Below, piece after piece: positions 28,254 through 41,317 of a stretch of 64,000 bases of DNA; the stretch's first letter is position 1, and every line of letters begins with the position of its first letter. The notes beneath the pieces were generated by a model that ran no database searches, was not told the DNA's origin, and worked only from the letters and a program-made list of their open reading frames with translations. The position numbers and the translations under genes were made by a program. Source of the stretch: Bdellovibrionales bacterium (GTDB taxonomy: Bacteria; Bdellovibrionota; Bdellovibrionia; Bdellovibrionales; UBA1609); NCBI GenBank assembly GCA_965200875.1, contig OZ241456.1, positions 768,001 to 832,000 on the forward strand. The letters are read 5' to 3'.

Positions 28254-30776
28254 TTATGGGCTGTTGTCATGCAGATGGATCTGCTTGAGTAATTTCCTGA
28301 TATTGCTGTTTTTTTTGGAGTTTGGTAATTCACTATTGTTTTTTGAACTGTGTGTTTCTTGGTTTTTGAAATGAGTCCTAGCATAATTGCCAGATTGATT
28401 TTTGTGAATATACTGGCTGAGTTGTCTGTTGAGTTTTTGCAGACTGACGATTTGTTGTTGTTGTTGTTCCATTTTTGGTCCTTGGTTTTCCCAAAGGACT
28501 TTCAGTTTGTTATTATGTTGTCTGAGAGTTTTATTGTCCTCTCTGAGTTTTTGAAGCTCTTCTGTGTTAGTTGTGGATTCCAATTGCATATTAATAATTT
28601 TGAGATTTTTCAGTTCTCTTTCAGACTGAAGTTCCAAGAGCACTTTTTGTAGACTTTGAATTTCATTATTATTTTTCTTATTTTCTGCAATAGATTTTCT
28701 TTTTTCAGCCAATAGCTCATTTTCCATTTCCACACGCAGATGGTGTATCTGATTATCATGTTCTTCCTTCAGCTCCATAATTCGCTCATCCAGCTGAGAG
28801 GATTTTTCATAAAATTCATCATCTTGTTTTTCTTTCAGTGCTTTTAACTCCTGTTCCTGTTTTTCTTTAATACTGGAAGTAAGATTTTTATAATATTGCT
28901 CCATTTTGGCAAGAGTTGATTCTTTTTCGTTTATTAGACTTAATTTTTCTTTTTCAAAAATTTGATTGAGTTTCTTTTGAGTGTCTTGCTCATAATCCGC
29001 ATAATTTTGACTCCAATTTTCCACTTCATTTTTCAGTTCGAAAATCACTTTTTCTTTTTCCATAATGAGTTTTTCATCTTTTGCTTTATCCTCTTTTGAT
29101 TTCTGTTCCTGTTCTCTTTGTATTTGTTCGATTCTTTGATTTTGTTCGTGTATCAGCTTTTGAGTATTCAACGCGTGTATACGACACTGTTCCTCTTTTT
29201 CCTGTTTTAATTTTTCTACAATCTGTTTTTTTTCTTCTTTATGATTATTAGTGCTTTTTTCAAAATCTTTTGTGATTTTTTGGATTTCTTCTTCATACTC
29301 TCTTTTTGCGCTCAGTTCTTTGTTTTTAAAAATCTGGGCAAGATGATTTTTTTGCTCTTCATACTGGTCCGTCAATTTTTTTATTATCTGGTTTTTTTTT
29401 CTGATAACCTTAGTGATTCTGTTGTGCCATTTTTCCTTTAATCTTTTGTACTTGCAGGATATTGTGTCAGCTTGGTTGGTAATTTGTTTTTGTTTTTCTT
29501 CATGTTCTTTTAATTCTTTCAGATGTTGTTTCTTTATTTTTCTTATATCCTGCTCCTGATTTTCTTTTAGTGTTTGTTCAGATTTTTCATATTTATCAGT
29601 GAGTTTTTGGATTTGTTTTGTATATTCTTTCTTTAAATCTTCTTTTTCTTTTGCGATATTGGTTATGTCGTGTTCATGCTTTTGTTTCACTTGTGATTCA
29701 GTTTTTTTGTTTTCAATACAGAGCTGATGAATTTTATTGAGATATTTTTGTGTCTCGGCTACATGGTTTTTTTGTAGTTCTTGTAGAGATTTTTTGTGTT
29801 TATCAGTGAGTTGTTGAGTTTCTTCTTGGTGTTTTTTTTCCATACTTTTGTGATTTTTTATCATCTGTAATTCTATTTTTTCATGCTTGGCTGTCATCTG
29901 TTGATTTTGTTTTTTTAAATGTTTTATCTGAGATAAATATTTTTTCTCATTAAAGTTCAGGGATTCTTTCAAATTTTGGATATCATCTTTATAATATTCG
30001 CTGAGGGATTTTTTAAAAGTTTCCAGTTCTGTTTTATGATATTTGTTTTGTTTTTTGTTTAATTGATTTAACTTGTTGATTTCCAGAGAGTATTTCTGAC
30101 TTGTGGAATGAAATCGGATATGCTTCTCTTTTATCTGGCTGTTTTCTTTTAAAAGGGCTGTTAGTTTTCCCACTATATGACGATTCAAACCAAGTAAATG
30201 TTTTCTTTCTGTTTCCGAGATTTTTAGATTGTTTTTTATAGAGTCAAAAGTTTGTTTTAGTGCTGTTAACTCTTGTGAATTATGTTGCAGGGTTTGAATA
30301 AAACGGGAGTTATTTTGCAATATACTTTCATGTTTTTCTTTTAGAATCAGAAATTGATCCTGTAGAAAAATATTTTTATCCGAAAGTTGTTGGTTTAAAG
30401 TTGACATAGCGCGCGATTTTGACTCTATAAAAGAGTTTTTTCTTAATGTTGCGGAAAGATAACTCATCAGATCTTCATTTTCTTCTAAGTCTGTGCTTGA
30501 TTTTTCCGTGGATTCTCGAATGGACTGGAATGATGAAATTTCTTTTGGTGATGTGTTTGGCGGTTTGGTTTTTAGAGTAGTTTCTACCCTAGAAACAGAT
30601 GTTTTTTGGTTTTTTGTGGAAGGTACAGGAATTTTTTCCACTTCCTCCCAGTTTGTGTCATCCTCAGACGGATGTCTTGGGTAATAAGAGTCCATTCTTT
30701 GCCCCTTTAGGTGTTTATCGTCTATGATTATGAAAATCTTTTCAGTGCTGTAAATATTTGTCAAAACAAAAGACAT
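28254..30776 (-). CDS. Long coiled-coil hypothetical protein
   Basis: 840-aa K/E/Q-rich ORF; start uncertain. Confidence 0.7.
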   Translation of the reverse strand: MSFVLTNIYSTEKIFIIIDDKHLKGQRMDSYYPRHPSEDDTNWEEVEKIPVPSTKNQKTSVSRVETTLKTKPPNTSPKEISSFQSIRESTEKSSTDLEENEDLMSYLSATLRKNSFIESKSRAMSTLNQQLSDKNIFLQDQFLILKEKHESILQNNSRFIQTLQHNSQELTALKQTFDSIKNNLKISETERKHLLGLNRHIVGKLTALLKENSQIKEKHIRFHSTSQKYSLEINKLNQLNKKQNKYHKTELETFKKSLSEYYKDDIQNLKESLNFNEKKYLSQIKHLKKQNQQMTAKHEKIELQMIKNHKSMEKKHQEETQQLTDKHKKSLQELQKNHVAETQKYLNKIHQLCIENKKTESQVKQKHEHDITNIAKEKEDLKKEYTKQIQKLTDKYEKSEQTLKENQEQDIRKIKKQHLKELKEHEEKQKQITNQADTISCKYKRLKEKWHNRITKVIRKKNQIIKKLTDQYEEQKNHLAQIFKNKELSAKREYEEEIQKITKDFEKSTNNHKEEKKQIVEKLKQEKEEQCRIHALNTQKLIHEQNQRIEQIQREQEQKSKEDKAKDEKLIMEKEKVIFELKNEVENWSQNYADYEQDTQKKLNQIFEKEKLSLINEKESTLAKMEQYYKNLTSSIKEKQEQELKALKEKQDDEFYEKSSQLDERIMELKEEHDNQIHHLRVEMENELLAEKRKSIAENKKNNNEIQSLQKVLLELQSERELKNLKIINMQLESTTNTEELQKLREDNKTLRQHNNKLKVLWENQGPKMEQQQQQIVSLQKLNRQLSQYIHKNQSGNYARTHFKNQETHSSKNNSELPNSKKNSNIRKLLKQIHLHDNSP

Positions 30777-30942
30777 ATTTTTTATACTGTGCGTAATAAC
30801 CTCTTCAGAGAAAAATATATAAAAATCAAGTTATTTCAATGCTTTAGAATTTATTTCGGATTGACGGTGAAATGTCAAAAATCTTTTTGAGCCAGAGAAT
30901 TATTTGGCCCGGAAAGATTTTATATTTTTCTTATTTTTAAGC

Positions 30943-31044
30943 TTGCTTTTTAGTCTTATAGTTGTTTATCATTGTTTCCCCTGTATAGTAAAACTTTACA
31001 GGATCGCCCTTTATTATTGTTCAAAAGGGCAAGTTCTTTGACAA
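30943..31044 (+). promoter_or_regulatory. Candidate rRNA promoter and boxA-like antiterminator
   Basis: TTGCTT-18-TATCAT (30943-30972), two short hairpins, then GTTCTTTGACAA (boxA-like, about 31033). Confidence 0.5.
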
Positions 31045-31228
31045 CTGAATATTATTAGAGTGCTTGTGTTGTCTGTTTCGCTGGGGCGAAATAGGCGTAT
31101 TTGCTTTTTTTTAGCAGATGAAATACAAGCATAAAGTAACTCACATTTTTATAAATTTGTTCTTAAATTTTTAGAGCAAAAAAGAGTCTGAACTGAAATC
31201 ATTCTTAGCAATTTCAGTCAGTTTTATT

Positions 31229-34219
<2,991 letters not shown>

Positions 34220-34429
34220 AACATTTTTCTGACTGAACGCTGTCATTCCCACGAAAGCATTGTTTCCGTGAAAGCGGGGGCAGAGCGAGCGGGAATCCAG
34301 TAGTTTTAACGGAGAGATCATTTAGGTTTCTCCGGTCTTTGTTACACAAGGATTTTTTAGCTAAGAATGTTTTGAGTTACAGATAAAATCATCATTCCCG
34401 CTTTGAGCGGGAACTTGTAAAAAGGAGAT

Positions 34430-34545
34430 GCTGGTGTCAATAGCGACGGGGCCACACCTGTTCCCATCCCGAACACAGAAGTTAAGCCCGTCAGCGGCGA
34501 TGGTACTTGAGGGTTGACCCTCTGGGAGAGTAGCACGATACCAGC
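34430..34545 (+). rRNA. rrf: 5S rRNA
   Basis: CACCTGTTCCCATCCCGAACACAGAAGTTAAG, GATGGTAC, GGGAGAGTAG; terminal GCTGGT/ACCAGC stem. Confidence 0.97.
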
Positions 34546-34757
34546 TTTTTTTATTGATACTTTAGAATTTTAAAATAATCTAATTAACGGCCCATGAAAA
34601 ACTCTGATTTTAAGTATTCTGCATGCAAAATTTTAAGGCTTGTCCAAGACTTCCATGCGCTTTGCCTCTCTCCACTGTGGTTTTGTTCATTCCACAAGTA
34701 ACGGGGTTTTTTACGAGCAACTGTAACAGAATAAATCATTGACTTATAAAAATATAT

Positions 34758-36002
34758 GTGGACATCATAAAAAATACCATGTTTACAATAGATCTTACTT
34801 CTAAAACTTACTTTCCAAAATCCAAAAACAACCACCCGGATCAATTAAGTTTTTGTGGTTCAGATTTTTCGCCGGTTATTGTAACAGAAGGCATCAAATA
34901 CAGTGGATCGAAGCTAAAGCTTTTACCTCACATTCTTTCTTTAATTAAAAGCTTGCCCGTGAAACAGGTGTTTGACGGGTTTGCAGGAACAACAAGAGTA
35001 AGTCAAGCTTTAGCAAAAAGTGGGTATCAGGTTATATCAAACGATATGGCTATTTGGTCAAAAGTTTTTGCAGAATGTTACTTAAAAGGAAGTGTTACAG
35101 ATGAATTGCAGGAAAAAATAAACTATCTGAACAGTTTAAAAGGCCGTGAGGGCTGGTTTACAAAACACTATGGTGGGGAGGTTCAAGGTGGTTTAGCTGT
35201 GCAGTCTGATGGAAAGAAAAGGGTCTGGCAAATTCATAATACAAAAAAATTGGATAACATCCGTCCAGCGATAGACAAAATCGCAGAAAATCAAATTGAA
35301 AAATCCATTTTGCTCACAAGTCTTATTTTGGCTTTGGATAAGGTGGATAACACTTTGGGGCACTATGTTTCTTATTTAAGAAAGTGGTCGCCCCGTTCTT
35401 TTAATAAAATTCAACTTAAAATGCCTTTGATAGAAAAGAGCAAAGGCCCTCATCGGGTTATGAATGAGGATGTTTTTAAAGCACAGGCTAAAGTTAAACC
35501 AGATCTTTCTTATTTTGATCCCCCTTATGGTTCTAATAACGAAAAGATGCCTCCTTCCCGTGTTCGCTATGCTGGTTATTATCATATTTGGAAAACAGTG
35601 ATTTTAAATGATGCTCCAGATCTTTCAGGCAAAACAAATCGCAGGACAGATTGCAAAGACCTTACAACCAGTTCTTTATTTGAGGAATTTCGTAAAGATA
35701 AGGAAGGCCGGTTTATAGCTCTTAAAGCTATTGAGAAGTTGATTAAAGAATGTCCGTCTCATTATATTTTGCTTTCTTACAGTAATGGGGGTCGAGCTAC
35801 AAAAGAAGGTATCTTTGAAGTGATTCAGAATTACTGCTCTAAAGTGCAGATGTTTTCCATTGATTACAAGAGAAATGTTATGTCCAATATGCGTTGGACA
35901 AATAATTGGATCAAAGAAAAAGAGGGGCAACATACAGAGTTTTTATTTTTAATGAAAAAAAAGGCAGAACATAGAAATGAAAAATCAGAAACATTATATT
36001 GA
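34758..36002 (+). CDS. DNA adenine methyltransferase (D12 class), apparently orphan
   Basis: KYSGSK, FDGFAGT, YFDPPY, LLSYS. Confidence 0.9.
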   Translation: MDIIKNTMFTIDLTSKTYFPKSKNNHPDQLSFCGSDFSPVIVTEGIKYSGSKLKLLPHILSLIKSLPVKQVFDGFAGTTRVSQALAKSGYQVISNDMAIWSKVFAECYLKGSVTDELQEKINYLNSLKGREGWFTKHYGGEVQGGLAVQSDGKKRVWQIHNTKKLDNIRPAIDKIAENQIEKSILLTSLILALDKVDNTLGHYVSYLRKWSPRSFNKIQLKMPLIEKSKGPHRVMNEDVFKAQAKVKPDLSYFDPPYGSNNEKMPPSRVRYAGYYHIWKTVILNDAPDLSGKTNRRTDCKDLTTSSLFEEFRKDKEGRFIALKAIEKLIKECPSHYILLSYSNGGRATKEGIFEVIQNYCSKVQMFSIDYKRNVMSNMRWTNNWIKEKEGQHTEFLFLMKKKAEHRNEKSETLY

Positions 36003-36007
36003 TTTTT

Positions 36008-36544
36008 TTACTGGCTATTGTTGTCCTCACAGTTAAATTTCTCTTCCCATTTCATTCTTAAAAATTCCGTGGGGAGAAGACGAAAAAGTTTACTTGCCTC
36101 GGAGTGGTTGTTCACAAAATATTGATTCTCTCCGATTTGCACCATAATATTTTGTATCGTTTTATTTTCAGTTTTTGTTTTTAAGATGTTTTTCTGTATC
36201 ATTTCTTGAATCTGAGTCTCTGTTTCTTCATTAAATCTATCTATTATATGAGCATTACATGGTTCTCTTTTCAAACTTAAATCTAGCTTGTATCCTTTAA
36301 TGGCTATCCCTTGGTTACTGTAGGTGACAGTAAAGGATTTTAAGGGTGTGTTCACTGTAAAAATTTGACTGTTTGACGCAGGTAATGTGTTTTCTGTATT
36401 TTCTCTTTCTGCGTAATCCGCGACTTTTCGTTTTATATGTCGAAATTTTTGATCAGGTGATTTTTTAGTAGTTTTTTTGGAAACAGCTGGAACTCCTGCT
36501 CCCATAAGCACTACAAGCACAAACACATAAACACATAGTTTCAT
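36008..36544 (-). CDS. Secreted hypothetical protein
   Basis: AAGGAGG RBS; signal peptide. Confidence 0.65.
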   Translation of the reverse strand: MKLCVYVFVLVVLMGAGVPAVSKKTTKKSPDQKFRHIKRKVADYAERENTENTLPASNSQIFTVNTPLKSFTVTYSNQGIAIKGYKLDLSLKREPCNAHIIDRFNEETETQIQEMIQKNILKTKTENKTIQNIMVQIGENQYFVNNHSEASKLFRLLPTEFLRMKWEEKFNCEDNNSQ

Positions 36545-36720
36545 AATATCCTCCTTAGTTTAGACAGCTGGAACTCCTGCTTCCACAAGCACATAGTTTC
36601 ATAATATCCGCCTTATTTAGCTATATTACACTCTTTAGCTTTTTTTAACAAATATATTTCTCTGAAAAAAGCTATCTGATCACTTTTTTCTCCTACAAGG
36701 TGAGTGGTTTATCCATTAAA

Positions 36721-38290
36721 CTACTGAACACTGGGCATTGGAGTATTAAGGTCATTTTTTATTGCACCACCATATCCACTCGCACCACCATCGGATCTAT
36801 TCGTATTGTTTTTTTTGATTTCCACGCAAGGCTCAAAATTAATCTTGTCTTTGTTCATTTCAATCACCTGTTTACAGGCAGGAGAGAGCTTTTTCCCTTT
36901 ATGGATAGCCTCCATTAAGACCCTCAGAAAGGTAGGTGGATGTTTTTTTGAGTTATCAAAAACAGTTAGATCTTTATATTGTATTGGTTCATTATTACGA
37001 ACCCTTTTAGTTTCTAACAATGCACAATATGTTATATTTCCCGGTGAAGTGAAATAGGAAATTAAATCAGCCATTCCCTCTTCTGTTTGTCGTTTATCAC
37101 CTGGATACCTACTTGATGTTGTCTCATCATCTGTATAACGATTTTGAACACATCGTCTTAACTCTATATCATATTTCATCTGACTTTCCCCACTCAGTCT
37201 AAAAGATGCCATCAGAAAACTAAGAACATGTGCTAATTCATGTGAAAAAATACTTTCTCCATACTCCTCATGAAACTGACAGCTGAAAAAAGATATGCTC
37301 ACCGTTGGCTGTTGTTTGTTCTCCGATGTAAAGTATGATACTTTATCAGATATTTGAAACATACGAAAAAAATGGCAGACATTAATAAAAGGTAGCTCGT
37401 AACTTTCGACAACCTCCTTCCCTTCCAATTTTTTTTGGATGAATGTTTTAGGCTCTTCAGGAAAATCAAATTCTATTTGCTCTACATAGTCATTGAATCG
37501 AGATCTGGATAGTTGGCTGTATTCCGAAAAAACATTGTTCATAAATTGCTCTATGTATTGATTTTTGTTTTCTTTAAAATCCTTTACTTTATCATAAAGT
37601 AAACTATCCGTAACAAACTGAGCTTTACACCTGTTTAAGCTTCGGCGTATCTGCATGGTGGAATTATTTAAAGCGTTTTCCCATTTATCCTTAATAGAGT
37701 TTAGGTCATCTAGTGTTTGTGGATCCGGGGGGGGGGGGGGGACCGTTTTGCTCCAAATTATTCAATCGAGCGATTTTCTGCTTAGTGTTTTCAAGCAATA
37801 ACTCTCCATTTTTCTTGCGCTCTTCCATAGTTTTTACAATAGAAGGCTGGATGTCAGTTTGAAACTCCTCATACAGTGTATTCAATTTCTGTTCATCCAC
37901 ATTATCAAAATCAATATTAGTAATAGACGACTTTCTTCTTGAAATATGATCTTCAGGAAGGCCACACAGATCAATAGCGCATTGTTCAAGTGTACCTTCC
38001 ATATCTTCCATACCTTCTGTGCACTTGGCTTGGCATATTTCTTCAGTAGGACTATAGTTTGGGAATGAAGGATCATTTGCCTGTTCCACAGCTCGAACAA
38101 TGCCAAGAATATCATTCTCTGATAAAGTTACAGGCACTCCGGAAACTTCAGGTGCTATGTATAAAGAGATTGTCCATAAAATCACGCTGATTAAACAAAA
38201 TCTTTTGTTCATACAGATGAAAATCCAAGTTGTTAGCTGTTTAGTCCTGCAAAAGCAGGGGTCTTGCTGGGTTTTAGGGAAATGTATCAT
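36721..38290 (-). pseudogene. Secreted zinc metallopeptidase-like gene frameshifted at a C15 tract (phase-variable or homopolymer error)
   Basis: The 5' ORF has a signal peptide and runs into C15 (37727-37741); the 3' ORF frame is open back to the tract and contains HELAH and a downstream E..AD. Confidence 0.72.
37727..37741. repeat. Poly-G15 (C15 on the coding strand)
   Basis: Direct count. Confidence 0.95.
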
Positions 38291-38591
38291 CCTTTTTCCT
38301 TAAGCAAACATACTTTATCACTTTGCACTATGGCTTGTGCAAAAGTTCTGGTAAACAGGTTACTTGCCTGTTAAGGAGAAAGGTCTCCCTTGGAAACTAA
38401 AGGGTCAAGTTACCTACTTTTCAGTTCCGTACAGGCGAGAATCTAGTCAACATAACATATTTTTCATAAGAGGGTAACCAGACTCATGAAAGGTTAGTCA
38501 TCCATATTTTCTATTATCAAAAAAACATCCTAGCCAAAATTATTGAAATCCAGGATCAAAAAATAACTTTTTAGATCATTTTAACTGGTTG

Positions 38592-38699
38592 ATAGTCGGG
38601 GGCTTTAAAAGTTTTTTATCTCAATAATAGAATAAAAGCTGGTTTATTTTCATTTTTAAATAAACTTCTTATTTTTTTCAGAAAAATCATTTATATTAT
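38592..38699 (+). repeat. About 108-bp dispersed intergenic repeat, copy 1
   Basis: Aligns by eye with 63759-63866. Confidence 0.8.
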
Positions 38700-38888
38700 T
38701 TTTAATAAAGAAAATACGGTCAGCATGTATGTTTTATAGAGTATTCCCTGTTTTTAAGAAATTTTTAAAAAATTAATTACACACACACAATAACAATAAG
38801 TTAAAATGCAGAGCAGAAAGGTAAATGGTGATATGTTTCAAAATGTTTTTTTTAAAAATAGTTTTTCAAAGAACAATAAATTTGTTTA

Positions 38889-38904
38889 CCCCCCCCCCCC
38901 CCCC
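38889..38904 (+). repeat. Poly-C16 tract
   Basis: Direct count. Confidence 0.95.
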
Positions 38905-39806
38905 TTCTTTGGTCTTATCAGAGTTTAATTTTTATCTTTAACACTTTCTTTCTCAAATTCCACTTCAGCTTTTTTTGCTTTGTTTTTAGTATTGTTAGTT
39001 TAATCTTTTTCCAAAAATCTTATGCCAATCCTGTTTCTGGTTTAGCCACGCCGGCTATTGATAAAAGCACAGAAGAACAACAAGAAAAAACTGCTAAGGG
39101 CTTGATAATTGCTTTTAAGGTGTGGCCTTTGAGTGAGACAGATAAAAGTGCACTTTTAAAGAAAACCAAAGCTCTGGGTCTTGAAGAAAAATTTTTCTAC
39201 TCACGATTTAAAACTTATGTATTTGAGTGGGAGGGGTGGCGTGAAAAAAAACAAGCTTTAAGAGCCTGCGAAACTTTTTTGAATTTTCCAGGGCTGGATT
39301 ACTGCGAACCAAATTTTTTACAAAAGCCTCCTAATAAAAATGATTTTTTGACAGATACAACAGAACCTAAGTCAGATATAAAGCTTAATCCTCAGGAGAC
39401 TTTTTCTGATACAGAGTCAGGAAATATTCGCTCCTGTAAAATTATTTCATCTGAATTAAATTTGATTAAAGGTAGATTATCAGATTATTGGGCACAGGAA
39501 ATGATTGGCTCTGATTTAATGAGAGAGAAACTTAAACTTTTGCCCCCTGTAAAAAAACACCTTGTTGCGGTATTTGATACCCCTACCTCAAAACGACATG
39601 ATATAGGTTCTACAAATATTATTTCACATGAGGGAAAACAGGCCGTCTTGCCCCCCATAGGTAACAGTATTACCAATTTTGATGTAACTCTCTCAGAGCA
39701 CAGCTTAGGGCATAGTGACTATCTGTTGGAAACCGCTGAAAACAGATGTAAACACCTAAAGTCCAAAAAACCGGCAAGCCCTCCTAGTCAAAGAGCAGTA
39801 AGATGA
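38904..39806 (+). CDS. Subtilase (S8) N-terminal half: signal peptide, prodomain-like region, candidate Asp and His; 5' end out of frame at C16
   Basis: Frame open from the tract through hydrophobic …SLIFFQKSYA|NP into the 39102 ORF; YCEPN, WAQEMIG, VAVFD, RHDIG. Confidence 0.65.
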   Translation, partial: LLWSYQSLIFIFNTFFLKFHFSFFCFVFSIVSLIFFQKSYANPVSGLATPAIDKSTEEQQEKTAKGLIIAFKVWPLSETDKSALLKKTKALGLEEKFFYSRFKTYVFEWEGWREKKQALRACETFLNFPGLDYCEPNFLQKPPNKNDFLTDTTEPKSDIKLNPQETFSDTESGNIRSCKIISSELNLIKGRLSDYWAQEMIGSDLMREKLKLLPPVKKHLVAVFDTPTSKRHDIGSTNIISHEGKQAVLPPIGNSITNFDVTLSEHSLGHSDYLLETAENRCKHLKSKKPASPPSQRAVR

Positions 39807-41230
39807 TTAAAGCTTTAAAGTTAAATTTACGAGTTTTATTAATAATGTTATTTATGGTGGCAAGCACTTTACCAGAAAGAGCTGAATCAGGATTTCTTTT
39901 CAAACGGAAGAAACGCCCACCAAGAGTTAACACAAAACCAATTAAAAGAGTTAATACAAAAAATCCCCCTATGAAATCACCTCCCATAAAAACCCCCTCT
40001 AAGTCATCTATAGTGGCTGACTCAAGTCCTTATAAGCAGTGCCGGGCTACTGTTCTACCCTCCTTTATTAATCATTCTCAGTATACAAATAAGACCAGAA
40101 ATCGTTCTTTAAAAGCACTTTCACCGCCTTCCATTGTTGTTAGTTCTGCCGGAAATTTTGCCCCTAAACCTATCTCTGATACAGCTATAGAAATTAGTAA
40201 GGATGTTAACGCAATTTTAGTAGGTTCTTTGTCCACAGGAGGGACACCAAGTTCATTTTCCCAGAAGGGAGAAGAGGTGCATATTATGGCCCCTTCTGGT
40301 CACTTTCTCACTTCAGCCACTAGCACAGGTCATTATCGAAAATATGGTGGTACTAGTGGAGCTGCGCCTTTGGTAACAGGAAGTTTGGCTGGATTTGAGT
40401 GGATAGCAGGTTATCACCCCACAGCGGCGGAGGCTAAAATTTTATTGTTAAAAACAGCTATTCACATGAAGGGTATTACAAAAGGACATGGTGTTGGTAT
40501 GGTCAATGCCTATAAATTAGCTATGGTGGCAGAAAAATTAAAAAAAGCTTGTGGAAAAAATATATCCTGTTTTAAAGATAAAATAAAACAAGACGATACT
40601 TATAGGTTTCCAGAAGACGAAGCTGTGAGTGAAGCCTTGGATAAAGCTTTTCCTTCTTGTTCTTCCACCTGCACAGAAGAGGATTTAAAATCTACTCCTT
40701 CCTGTGCGGAAAAAGCTAATGCCCTTAAGGAATTTAGAAAACAAGTTTTTTTAAACCCTCAGAATAAAAACCTTTGGAAAAAACTAGCCTGTGTTTATGC
40801 CGAAGGGGGTTTTGAAGAAAATAGTCGATTTTCACAGAGTGTCTATACAGATACAGTAGATCGTGGTAGTGATGGTAAAGATTGCAAGAAAGATGCAGAC
40901 TGTTTTTTAGTACCAGCTTGTTTTGGAAATGCTAATGGTTTAATTGCTAAGCCACGCTCTTTTAAGGATAGTCATTATATTCTCTGTATGGAACTGAACG
41001 GCAAAATACCTCTTTGTAATGGCAAATGTCGATGTGATTCCAAAGAAAAAGTATCATCTTCTTCTGCCGAAGCTGGACATGTCGCCACTGCGTCTTGTGT
41101 AGATTCTAGGTGTATTATAACGAAAGAGTATGGTCCCCCTCCTCCTTTACCACCAGGAAGTGGTGAAATACCCCCCCCAGAAAGTGGTGGTCTTCCCGGT
41201 AGTAGTGAAAAATCTGGTGCTGTTAAATAG
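39803..41230 (+). CDS. Subtilase (S8) C-terminal half with own signal peptide and Cys-rich tail
   Basis: FINHS, VVSSAGN, SSFSQ.G..V.IMAP, GGTSGAAPLVTG. Confidence 0.85.
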   Translation: MIKALKLNLRVLLIMLFMVASTLPERAESGFLFKRKKRPPRVNTKPIKRVNTKNPPMKSPPIKTPSKSSIVADSSPYKQCRATVLPSFINHSQYTNKTRNRSLKALSPPSIVVSSAGNFAPKPISDTAIEISKDVNAILVGSLSTGGTPSSFSQKGEEVHIMAPSGHFLTSATSTGHYRKYGGTSGAAPLVTGSLAGFEWIAGYHPTAAEAKILLLKTAIHMKGITKGHGVGMVNAYKLAMVAEKLKKACGKNISCFKDKIKQDDTYRFPEDEAVSEALDKAFPSCSSTCTEEDLKSTPSCAEKANALKEFRKQVFLNPQNKNLWKKLACVYAEGGFEENSRFSQSVYTDTVDRGSDGKDCKKDADCFLVPACFGNANGLIAKPRSFKDSHYILCMELNGKIPLCNGKCRCDSKEKVSSSSAEAGHVATASCVDSRCIITKEYGPPPPLPPGSGEIPPPESGGLPGSSEKSGAVK

Positions 41231-41317
41231 TGGCCCGTGAAAAAGTATGTTATTTTCTTGGATTCCCGTTTTCACGGGAATGACATTTGTATAAAAAGGT
41301 TTTTTCACGGGGTGTTA
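41228..41317. mobile_element. MITE-like element, same family as 8216-8343
   Basis: TAGTGGCCCGTGAAAAAGTATGTTATTTT…GGATTCCCGTTTTCACGGGAATGAC…TTTTTCACGG. Confidence 0.7.

Noticed and set aside
38340..38415. Possible c-di-GMP riboswitch between the protease loci
   Set aside because: Small hairpins are present but the consensus motifs could not be matched
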